A DNA stretch of 19,786 nucleotides from a virus (lineage: Duplodnaviria; Heunggongvirae; Uroviricota; Caudoviricetes), in the IMG/VR virus record IMGVR_UViG_2721755712_000006; one strand, 5' to 3'. The notes beneath the pieces are model-generated. The model saw nothing but the letters and a program-made list of their open reading frames with translations. It was not told the DNA's origin and did no database searches. Both the position numbers and the translations under genes were made by a program. Shown in pieces: positions 1 to 7,274 of the stretch (within the stretch, counting starts at the first letter, position 1; the number at the start of each line of letters is the position of its first letter).

Positions 1-411
1 ATGCCTGCCCCCGTCGTCCTGATCCTTGCGGCCGGGCGTGGAGAGCGCTTTCTCGCCTCCGGGGGAAATACCCATAAGTGTATCGGCTGGCGTCAGTCCC
101 CGGAGGTTGCGCCTTATCGCTGGCCATTTGAAGAAAACGGGAGAACTTTCGACCTTGCGATTGAACCGCAGATTACGACTAATGATCTGCGTCTGATGTT
201 GAGGCTGGCTCTTGCCGGCGGAGGAATAACAATTGCCACTCAGGAAACTTTCAGGCCATATATTGAAAGCGGTAAGCTTGTATCGCTGCTTGATGACTTT
301 CTTCCACAATTTCCGGGCTTCTATCTGTATTTCCCACAGCGTCGCAATATTGCACCAAAGCTCCGCGCCCTGATTGACTACGTCAAAGAATGGCGGCAGC
401 AATTGGCTTAA
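1..411 (+). CDS. LysR-family transcriptional regulator, C-terminal (substrate-binding) portion; probably a truncated remnant flanking the island
   Basis: ORF runs from the window edge. The C-terminal ~80 aa (LRLALAGGGITIATQETF...LYFPQRRNIAPKLRALIDYVKEWRQQ) match the typical LysR C-terminus; the N-terminal part does not look LysR-like, so the gene may be a fragment. Family call from memory. Confidence 0.4.
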   Translation: MPAPVVLILAAGRGERFLASGGNTHKCIGWRQSPEVAPYRWPFEENGRTFDLAIEPQITTNDLRLMLRLALAGGGITIATQETFRPYIESGKLVSLLDDFLPQFPGFYLYFPQRRNIAPKLRALIDYVKEWRQQLA

Positions 412-532
412 ATGTCTGCACCTGCACTGCCTGATGTCAGAACAGTATTTTGATGAATTGCCAAGGTTACAATGGCACAAATACGGCACAGGAGGAAACG
501 TGGTGTATTTAAATATGGGGTAACTCTTTGAT

Positions 533-553
533 TTTAATGGTGCGATAATAGGA
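533..553. repeat. Imperfect direct repeat of the thrW 3' end (att-type boundary repeat)
   Basis: tttaatggtgcgataatagga here versus tttgaatggtgccgataatagga at 18338..18360 (tRNA 3' end); two single-base differences. Confidence 0.6.
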
Positions 554-612
554 ACAAAACAAACAATAAAAATACATTGATATATAAAGACATTTTCCAG
601 TTACATCTTTGG

Positions 613-637
613 AGATACCCCCAAAAGTACCCCCAAA
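613..637. repeat. Putative integrase arm-type site, left-end copy
   Basis: gatacccccaaaagtacccccaaac closely matches aatacccccataagtacccccat at 18209..18230, same orientation, each just inside an att core copy. Confidence 0.35.
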
Positions 638-895
638 CAATTTTCTCTCACCACCATTTGCACATAAAGCAGCCATGTACAACTGGTAGTTGAACAGGCG
701 GGTAGACCGTTCGTTCAGTAAATACCTGATATTTCCGCCAACGAGAAATTGCGTTGGCTGGCAGAGTGCAAATTTGCACGATAACCTAACCCATTGATTC
801 TTTCGAAAACCTGCAATGCAGGAAGCCGGATAACACCATTTTTATAGCTCCGATCCCTTCAAAGTGAGGGGTAATTTGCCAAAACAGAGAGAGCA

Positions 896-1183
896 TTACT
901 GTCTCTGGCAATCTTTATCGCGATAACGCCTGAAATACCCTCTCGCTTCCTCATCCATACCAAGAGCCGAATGAGTCCGCTTAACTGCCTGTCTTAAATC
1001 TCCGAATCTGTCTGTAGTTGCTGGTGGGCGTGCCGCCTTACGGATACATTCAGAGCGTCTGTTTGCTGCATGTTCACGTTCTTTATCGCCATCTGCCAGC
1101 ATCATGACTTCTGCCCATCGTGCGGCAGCTCTCCGGTATAGCCCTTTTGACTCCAGTTCTTCAGCTTTCCTGTCCCTTATCAT
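896..1183 (-). CDS. Small PerC-family-like regulator (phage/island-associated)
   Basis: 95-aa ORF; N-terminal IRDRKAEELESKGLYRRAAARWAEVM resembles PerC/Pch-type small regulators as I recall them; basic C-terminus. Not verified by search. Confidence 0.4.
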   Translation of the reverse strand: MIRDRKAEELESKGLYRRAAARWAEVMMLADGDKEREHAANRRSECIRKAARPPATTDRFGDLRQAVKRTHSALGMDEEARGYFRRYRDKDCQRQ

Positions 1184-1219
1184 TTCTGCCTCTCAGATTA
1201 TATAGATAAGCAAAAAGGT

Positions 1220-1340
1220 GTTGGTTCAGTTGGTTCAGTTGGTTCAATTTGTAAAGATCGTTGTTTTTATTGTGTTTTTTCTGAAATATTGAACCAACAT
1301 CAACTCATTTTGAACCAACACAGCCCAGCTCTGAACCAAC
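1220..1340. repeat. Iteron cluster A (crr/ori-like): 3 tandem GTTGGTTCA plus 3 inverted TGAACCAAC at 21-bp spacing
   Basis: GTTGGTTCA at 1220..1228, 1229..1237, 1238..1246; TGAACCAAC at 1290..1298, 1311..1319, 1332..1340. Confidence 0.7.
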
Positions 1341-1394
1341 AACACAGCGATAGCTTTGTGATTGGTCCGTTATTTTCTGGCTGATATTTGAGCG

Positions 1395-1425
1395 TATAAC
1401 AGTGTTATACAGTGGTATACTGTAT
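1395..1425 (+). promoter_or_regulatory. Operator-like repeats upstream of the 1443 ORF
   Basis: Tandem TATAACAGTG / TTATACAGTG followed by inverted repeat ATACAG-N7-CTGTAT, just upstream of the start codon. Confidence 0.3.
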
Positions 1426-1442
1426 GGATATTACTCACTGAT

Positions 1443-1883
1443 ATGGTCTTTGCAATGAGCAAATCTAATCTGGTCGCGTTCCGCATCCCATCTGAATTGC
1501 AGGATGAGTTTAATCGGTCTGTTCTCGCTTCTGGAGGGGATAAAACCTCCTGGCTTGTTGATGCGATTCGCATGAAGCTGGGACAGCCGGAAAAGTCTAT
1601 TGATTCACGAATGCTTGGGCTGGTGGAGCGCATGGAAAAAGCCGCTGCGTCGCTTATTGCCGGAAAGCCGAACATCCCACCAAAGCCATATAACGAAACG
1701 GCAGTTATAAAGATCATTGCCGATACCATCCGACAGGGATTTGATAATGGGCGTGTGATAGCGGAACGGCTCAATGAAGCAGGCTACCAAACAAAAGCTG
1801 GTAAAGCGTGGGATAAAGACATTTACAGCGCGTGGAAGCGTCAGGGTAACAATATTAAAAGAATCAATACGCTGCTTCAGTAA
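1443..1883 (+). CDS. Hypothetical DNA-binding protein with N-terminal ribbon-helix-helix-like segment
   Basis: 146-aa ORF (alternative ATG at 1455). N-terminus NLVAFRIPSELQDEFNRSV...WLVDAIRMKL has an RHH (CopG/Arc-like) pattern; C-terminal LNEAGYQTKAGKAWDKDIYSAWKR resembles a recombinase-type DNA-binding helix. No clear SD. Confidence 0.5.
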   Translation: MVFAMSKSNLVAFRIPSELQDEFNRSVLASGGDKTSWLVDAIRMKLGQPEKSIDSRMLGLVERMEKAAASLIAGKPNIPPKPYNETAVIKIIADTIRQGFDNGRVIAERLNEAGYQTKAGKAWDKDIYSAWKRQGNNIKRINTLLQ

Positions 1884-1912
1884 TTGATCAGTGTATAAAT
1901 GATATTTATCGC

Positions 1913-2890
1913 TCAATCGCTCCCTTTCCGCCCTTCAGCTACAGGGTCGTTGTCGGCGATAACAAAACCTAAGTCCTGAGAGAATCTCTCTCGTGGGAAT
2001 CCTTTAGCAGGTAAACCCATTGAATCATATCCACATCCGGGAACATTTGGTTTAGAGTCAATAAGGTCTGCAATTTGCCGAAGCCATGTTGATCCCGGAC
2101 CAAGTCGTTTAACTAAGTACCAGATAATACAGATCGCGCTAAAAATCCTCTCGCAACTCTCTGGATGGAGATTAAGTCCGTCAAAGTATTCATTATCCGG
2201 TACTGGAACTCGGGGATGCTTTCTATTCCATATTCTGGAATGGTGAGCGCAACGATTCCTTATGAGATTAAGGCACTTCAACCATTTTGCAAATGTCTGC
2301 TTATTATCAATGCCAAAACGACGTATAATTTTCCCCTGCATATGACCATTAAGCATCGCATAATATTTAGACATCTGACCAAAATCCCAGGTCTCCACCG
2401 CCACCCAAAATGGAATCTCCTTGCCTTGGCTTCGATGCCATTCAATACAGTCATCTCTGCTTTCGTCTAATTTTACTTTTTGCTTATACACCCAATGCTC
2501 GAAGGCAGATGAGAATTTTGGATTAATGTATTTTGATGACATGTAGGCAAGTGGATCATTGCGACCAACCTCATGCGCGATGACTGAACGAACATGAATC
2601 TCTATTCTTTCGATAGCATCAATCATCAAAAGACGCAGTTTTTTGTCAAAAAGATATAGATCGTACGTCTTCTCGAAACTGGTACCAGCAAGAAATCGGT
2701 CTGTTCTGTACGAAAGACCTTTATCTGTTGTCGCAATAATTCTTGATGGGTACCAAAAACCTGACAATCGATAATATCCAACCTGCGACAGCTTACGTAT
2801 CGCACGATTTCGATCATTGATAATCATGCCACGTTCAAGTAGCAATCCTAGCAATTCGTGATAGTCCTTATGAGGCTTTGCGGCAATCAT
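1913..2890 (-). CDS. Abi_2 family abortive infection protein (AbiD/AbiF-like)
   Basis: Contains the hallmark NRCAHHSRIWN motif plus YYRLSGFWYP near the N-terminus. ORF track starts at a GTG at 2935; ATG at 2890 (MIAAKPHKDYHELL...) fits family N-termini better. Neither start has a good SD. Confidence 0.7.
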   Translation of the reverse strand: MIAAKPHKDYHELLGLLLERGMIINDRNRAIRKLSQVGYYRLSGFWYPSRIIATTDKGLSYRTDRFLAGTSFEKTYDLYLFDKKLRLLMIDAIERIEIHVRSVIAHEVGRNDPLAYMSSKYINPKFSSAFEHWVYKQKVKLDESRDDCIEWHRSQGKEIPFWVAVETWDFGQMSKYYAMLNGHMQGKIIRRFGIDNKQTFAKWLKCLNLIRNRCAHHSRIWNRKHPRVPVPDNEYFDGLNLHPESCERIFSAICIIWYLVKRLGPGSTWLRQIADLIDSKPNVPGCGYDSMGLPAKGFPRERFSQDLGFVIADNDPVAEGRKGSD

Positions 2891-2986
2891 AGTGGCGAAA
2901 CAAAAGATAATAAAAGGCCCGACCGTGAAACTCACATGCCTGAAATCGGCGGCGGAGAAACAGAGGATCGGGCTCGGTTGCCTGTA

Positions 2987-3014
2987 ACTCTATCCGAAGT
3001 TATCCACATGTCAA
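2987..3014 (-). promoter_or_regulatory. Candidate sigma70 promoter for the Abi gene
   Basis: On the minus strand TTGACA (rc of 3009..3014), 16-nt spacer, TAGAGT (rc of 2987..2992), upstream of the Abi start. Confidence 0.25.
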
Positions 3015-3060
3015 TGCACAGTTACTTAGGAAACTAACATAGATACTATCATCACTCACG

Positions 3061-3083
3061 AAAAACCACTATATGTGGTTTTT
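3061..3083. terminator. Hairpin with flanking A/T runs (possible bidirectional intrinsic terminator)
   Basis: aaaaaccac-tatat-gtggttttt perfect 9-bp stem, followed by tattcat on the plus strand. Confidence 0.3.
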
Positions 3084-3358
3084 ATTCATATCGTTATCCA
3101 CTACAGGCTGTGTCAATAACTTTTACCTATTAATTGGGTAATTTCTACATTTTCCTATGCTGGCTAGTTTCTCTACTGAAAAGTTGGCACTCCTTAATCG
3201 CTTTTCGGTTAATACTATCGGTCTTCATATTGCCAGCAGCATACGCCATCCGATAATTTCGATGCTACGCGCGCGTACTTGTCGCAAAATATCAGGCAAA
3301 GGCCAGATTCAGAACGTCGTGATAACCACCAGCACAACATGAGATGTCATGTAACACG

Positions 3359-3366
3359 ATTTATCA
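3359..3366. repeat. IS1 target site duplication, left copy (ATTTATCA)
   Basis: Identical 8-mer directly abuts both IS1 ends (3359..3366 and 4135..4142). Confidence 0.7.
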
Positions 3367-3421
3367 GGTGATGCTGCCAACTTACTGATTTAGTGTATGA
3401 TGGTGTTTTTGAGGTGCTCCA

Positions 3422-3697
3422 GTGGCTTCTGTTTCTATCAGCTGTCCCTCCTGTTCAGCTACTGACGGGGTGGTGCGTAACGGCAAAAGCACCGCCGGAC
3501 ATCAGCGCTATCTCTGCTCTCACTGCCGTAAAACATGGCAACTGCAGTTCACTTACACCGCTTCTCAACCCGGTACGCACCAGAAAATCATTGATATGGC
3601 CATGAATGGCGTTGGATGCCGGGCAACTGCCCGCATTATGGGCGTTGGCCTCAACACGGTTTTACGTCACTTAAAAAACTCAGGCCGCAGTCGGTAA
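3422..3697 (+). CDS. insA: IS1 InsA
   Basis: 91-aa product [43 protein letters not shown]... matches IS1 InsA. Confidence 0.9.
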   Translation: MASVSISCPSCSATDGVVRNGKSTAGHQRYLCSHCRKTWQLQFTYTASQPGTHQKIIDMAMNGVGCRATARIMGVGLNTVLRHLKNSGRSR

Positions 3698-4119
3698 CCT
3701 CGCGCATACAACCGGGCAGTGATGTGATTGTCTGCGCGGAAATGGACGAACAGTGGGGCTACGTCGGTGCTAAATCACGTCAGCGCTGGCTGTTTTACGC
3801 GTATGACAGGATACGGAGGACAGTTGTGGCGCACGTTTTCGGTGAACGCACTCTGGCCACACTGGCGCGTCTTCTGAGCCTGCTGTCGGCCTTTGAGGTC
3901 GTGGTATGGATGACGGATGGCTGGCCGCTGTATGAATCACGCCTGAAGGGAAAGCTGCACGTTATCAGCAAGCGTTACACTCAGCGCATTGAGCGACATA
4001 ATCTGAATCTGAGACAACATCTGGCAAGGCTGGGACGGAAGTCACTGTCGTTCTCAAAATCGGTGGAGCTGCATGACAAGGTCATCGGGCATTATCTGAA
4101 CATAAAACACTATCAGTAA
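3616..4119 (+). CDS. insB: IS1 InsB (transposase InsAB' by -1 frameshift)
   Basis: 167-aa product [27 protein letters not shown]... matches IS1 InsB with several substitutions relative to the canonical sequence as I remember it. Confidence 0.85.
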   Translation: MPGNCPHYGRWPQHGFTSLKKLRPQSVTSRIQPGSDVIVCAEMDEQWGYVGAKSRQRWLFYAYDRIRRTVVAHVFGERTLATLARLLSLLSAFEVVVWMTDGWPLYESRLKGKLHVISKRYTQRIERHNLNLRQHLARLGRKSLSFSKSVELHDKVIGHYLNIKHYQ

Positions 4120-4134
4120 GTTGGAGTCACTACC

Positions 4135-4142
4135 ATTTATCA
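4135..4142. repeat. IS1 target site duplication, right copy (ATTTATCA)
   Basis: See left copy. Confidence 0.7.
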
Positions 4143-4535
4143 CATCAGATACATGTGATTGGTGTACCCGCATAAAACATCGTCATAGCGCGTCCTGTGC
4201 GCATATACGCCGATAATCAACACATCACCACCACTCTGTCTCGTGTAGAGAACAGTTTCATGGTATCCCCCGCCATCGTGTGCGTACTGGTCGGACGTAG
4301 TTGCAAAATTTTTGCAACTGATACCCCTCGCGCGCGTACTGGTCACGAAATTGGTGTTTTGCTGTGGCAGTGATATCAGAAAAATCTTCCTGTTTCACAT
4401 AAAGCGGATATGCGCGTACTGTAACGGCCCCATCAACGGGGATCGGATTTGAAATCCCGACCCAAGCTATGTACCAAATGCCATGTCTTGGATATATGAT
4501 GATTGCCATTCTAAACAACGCTAAAGGGGGTTGGT

Positions 4536-5150
4536 GTGAGCAGAAAAGATACTAAAGAATTGCTAACTATCTGCATGGTGTACTTTTCAATTTATTTTTG
4601 TGCATACATGGTAGTCCCAGATGAGTTTGAACATGGCAGTATTATTTATTCCATAACATTCTATTTTTTAGAGCTAACACCAATTTTGGCTATCCTTTTG
4701 GCAATACATATTTATTTTTCCTTAAAAAAAGAATCGACTAATTGGGAGAAGGTATGGAGAGACAGAGGATTTCTAACATCACCTAAAGATGATGCATATG
4801 AGAGTGATTTTTCTGACTTTATAACAAACTACTACTCCAGCGAACAATTCAAAAATAGACTGTCTGATGTTTGGGAAACAGCAATGTATTCCATAGGGAT
4901 TATATTATTGATACTTACTGGTATCGCTCAATATGTTTTTAACATTGACTTATCATTAAATCCTGAAAATTTAATATCGCCATTGATTTTTGGTGAGATA
5001 TTGATCTTCTCATTCGGAATTTTCTTGAGTGTTGTTCTCTGCTCATTATGCAAACTACTGACTAACAGGTATCCAGGTGAAGCAAGGAGAGCAAGAAAGG
5101 CAAATCCATATTATCTTTTATTTCCTAATGGAGACAGCAGAGATATCTAA
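4536..5150 (+). CDS. AT-rich integral membrane protein (about 4 predicted TM helices), unknown function
   Basis: GTG start preceded by AAAGGGGG SD. Hydrophobic stretches near residues 10-25, 40-60, 115-135, 147-170 (by eye). Roughly 30% GC against ~50% neighbours. Convergent with the 701-aa gene; stops 18 bp apart. Confidence 0.6.
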   Translation: MSRKDTKELLTICMVYFSIYFCAYMVVPDEFEHGSIIYSITFYFLELTPILAILLAIHIYFSLKKESTNWEKVWRDRGFLTSPKDDAYESDFSDFITNYYSSEQFKNRLSDVWETAMYSIGIILLILTGIAQYVFNIDLSLNPENLISPLIFGEILIFSFGIFLSVVLCSLCKLLTNRYPGEARRARKANPYYLLFPNGDSRDI

Positions 5151-5168
5151 GCCATCCATGGCTACCAG

Positions 5169-7274
5169 TTATTGAGCTTCTTTTTGTGATGCCTGTGCGA
5201 CTCTGGTGAGCGATTGTGTGACCGTACTGATCGCTCTGTCATATGCTGTGCTACCTTTTGGCGTATTTGCCAGACGTAACAAGGCATTTCGTATAACAGG
5301 GCTTTCGTATGCCTTCGCTGCTCCGCCTACGGCACCAGCAGCAGGAACAACAAACGCAGCCGTTTTTAGCATCCCCGCTAATACTGCTGCGTTTATGATG
5401 CCACCACCAACTAACAATCCATAAAGCTGCTGACCATTTAAGTTTTGAACGTTCGCTTTTGCCGCGTGTCTTGTATCGTTGAGGTATTTAATAACGCCGT
5501 CCAGTTCCTTTCCATGTACGCCTTTAAAGAAAGTTGCTGATTGCTTCCTGTTCCGGTGTAACGCATTAATAAACTTCTCAACACTGATATTTCCAGACGG
5601 ATCAGTCGCCTTATCTACAGCATTCTGAACTATGGCTGCTCGTGCGTTTTGCCTACCATTGTCATCCAGAAGCCTGTAAAGCTGAGAACGTTCTGATGGG
5701 CTTTGGCTAAAAACGAGTTTTGTTACATCCTCAGGCGTGGCCTTGCCGCTGGCTATTGCCTTTTGAACGCGCGTTCTTCCCATCATGTCATTGAATTTAG
5801 ACCATGAGCGATCAACCCTTGCCATATTAATGGCTTCGTCTGCTCCAAGATTTTTGGCTACGGCTTTTTTCATATCCGCCGTATATGCCTTGTAGATAAT
5901 ATCGCTGGCTTTCTGGAGCGTATCTTTATCAACAGTGTCAGATGACGCCATAAATCGCTTTCGAAGATCGGTTCTGTTTTCCCTCGCCAGACGCAGGTCA
6001 TTTGGTCCGCTGGTGATATCGTCTTTAAATTGCTGCAAGACTTTTACCGCGGCTCTATCCTGAGATTTGCCCGGGCGGCTTAACACGGCAATCTGATTGT
6101 CGATAGCTTTTACCGTGTTTGAGAGATCGACAGGGGTATCCCCCATAGCGTCAATTATGCGGTTATATCGCTTTCCTGCTGCCTCAATGAATTTTTGTTG
6201 CCCTTTAGTCGCAGATTCATAAAGCTGTTTATCAGAAATGCCACCCAGACCATCGCTAAATGTTCTGACTAAATTTTCTCGTGCTTGTTGTTGATTCAGC
6301 CGATTCTTACCGGTTCCAAAAAAAGGAACTCTTTCGCCTAATGTCTGAGCCTGACTCTGCATAAAGGTTTTATCTTTCAGCATGTCACTGGTCATTAACG
6401 GCAGATTTCTTTCCGATGCAAAGTCGACAGCAGCCTTTGCTTCAGGCGACATATCACCACGAACAGCCCTCGAAACCGCACTCGCTGTATTTTCCAGCCC
6501 CTTACCAATACCACCAATGCCAGCAGAAATTACCGTTTGTAACGGATCAATATCTTCTCCACCAGCAAGGCTGGTGGCTCCCTGTAGTGCTAAATCTGTA
6601 GCTGCTGATTTTCCTATGGCACTAAGCACCGTTCCAGCCCTGCCCGCTGGTGTAAACGCCAACGCATTAGCAAGAAACGAGGTCAGGTCTTGCGGTGATA
6701 AACCCGGCTTGTTCAGGGCATAATCACCTGATGGCAGAGAAACGATAGTATTCCCCTTCTCATCCTGCCTTAATGTCGCCCCCATTCCCTGAAGAATCTT
6801 TTCCTGAGACGCGTCAGAGCCGAAAAGTTGAGACCATCCAGCCTTTAGGGCATCCATGCTTAGTGAGTTCAATTCTGGGGCAGAGGCGACATTTTGCAGT
6901 CTCTCCATCTCTGGAGTCATTCGGCTTTCGCCTGTTATAGCATCGCGCATCGCAGCCCCAAGACTGGCTCCCTGTTCTGCTGAACGCTCAAGCCCCTCTC
7001 TTTGCTGAGTAGCTAACTTTGCATACCCTGACGCAAGAGAATTATCAGATGATGTATGTTGAATATTTTGAGTTGCTGATTGGGATCGGTCTATTTCATT
7101 CGTTGATGGTAGTGGATAGGCAGCATAAAAAGCCTGCTTAGCCTGCTCTACACTTTCTCCGGCTTGCGGGGCCACGACTTCATTGAAGTATTGCTCCTGA
7201 GCCTGCGCTTTTTGTTCTGGTGCTAACGCCTGATACTGTGGAGAGGCGATAACATCTTTCCATGCTTTAGCCAT
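5169..7274 (-). CDS. Large hypothetical protein (701 aa), Ala/Gln/Gly/Ser-rich helical, C-terminal Gly/Ala-rich hydrophobic segment
   Basis: Long ORF; ATG overlaps the stop of the upstream gene (TAATG); GGGGTG SD. Hydrophobic segment LYGLLVGGGIINAAVLAGMLKTAAFVVPAAGAVGGAAKAY near residues 617-656. No family recognised. Confidence 0.7.
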   Translation of the reverse strand: MAKAWKDVIASPQYQALAPEQKAQAQEQYFNEVVAPQAGESVEQAKQAFYAAYPLPSTNEIDRSQSATQNIQHTSSDNSLASGYAKLATQQREGLERSAEQGASLGAAMRDAITGESRMTPEMERLQNVASAPELNSLSMDALKAGWSQLFGSDASQEKILQGMGATLRQDEKGNTIVSLPSGDYALNKPGLSPQDLTSFLANALAFTPAGRAGTVLSAIGKSAATDLALQGATSLAGGEDIDPLQTVISAGIGGIGKGLENTASAVSRAVRGDMSPEAKAAVDFASERNLPLMTSDMLKDKTFMQSQAQTLGERVPFFGTGKNRLNQQQARENLVRTFSDGLGGISDKQLYESATKGQQKFIEAAGKRYNRIIDAMGDTPVDLSNTVKAIDNQIAVLSRPGKSQDRAAVKVLQQFKDDITSGPNDLRLARENRTDLRKRFMASSDTVDKDTLQKASDIIYKAYTADMKKAVAKNLGADEAINMARVDRSWSKFNDMMGRTRVQKAIASGKATPEDVTKLVFSQSPSERSQLYRLLDDNGRQNARAAIVQNAVDKATDPSGNISVEKFINALHRNRKQSATFFKGVHGKELDGVIKYLNDTRHAAKANVQNLNGQQLYGLLVGGGIINAAVLAGMLKTAAFVVPAAGAVGGAAKAYESPVIRNALLRLANTPKGSTAYDRAISTVTQSLTRVAQASQKEAQ

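Larger units (their letters stand above)
3367..4134 (+). mobile_element. IS1 insertion sequence (768 bp, divergent isoform)
   Basis: Canonical IS1 ends GGTGATGCTGCCAACTTACTGAT at 3367 and ...TTGGAGTCACTACC ending at 4134; insA/insB ORFs with A6C frameshift motif TTAAAAAACTC; flanked by the 8-bp direct repeat. Confidence 0.95.

Noticed and set aside
3157-3342. Plus-strand 61-aa ORF between the Abi gene and IS1
   Set aside because: No SD, no recognisable features, and it lies in a probable promoter/terminator region for the Abi gene.
4440-4480. tRNA-like fragment (gggtcgggatttcaaatccgatccccgttgatgggg on the minus strand)
   Set aside because: No acceptable cloverleaf could be drawn: no matching acceptor stem, and the putative anticodon and T-arm pairings are imperfect. 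Probably just short hairpins.
4140-4518. Two overlapping minus-strand ORFs (68 and 86 aa) next to IS1
   Set aside because: They are in different frames and overlap one another, lack SD sequences, and coincide with palindromes and direct repeats; more likely non-coding. The 68-aa ORF's stop lies in the IS1 target duplication, so IS1 did not truncate it.
5169-7274. Classical colicin operon interpretation for the 701-aa gene plus convergent membrane gene
   Set aside because: No LexA/SOS box is evident upstream, no lysis gene is present, the gene is the third cistron of an operon rather than a stand-alone toxin gene, and the N-terminus lacks the Gly-rich translocation domain. Kept only as a loose architectural analogy.
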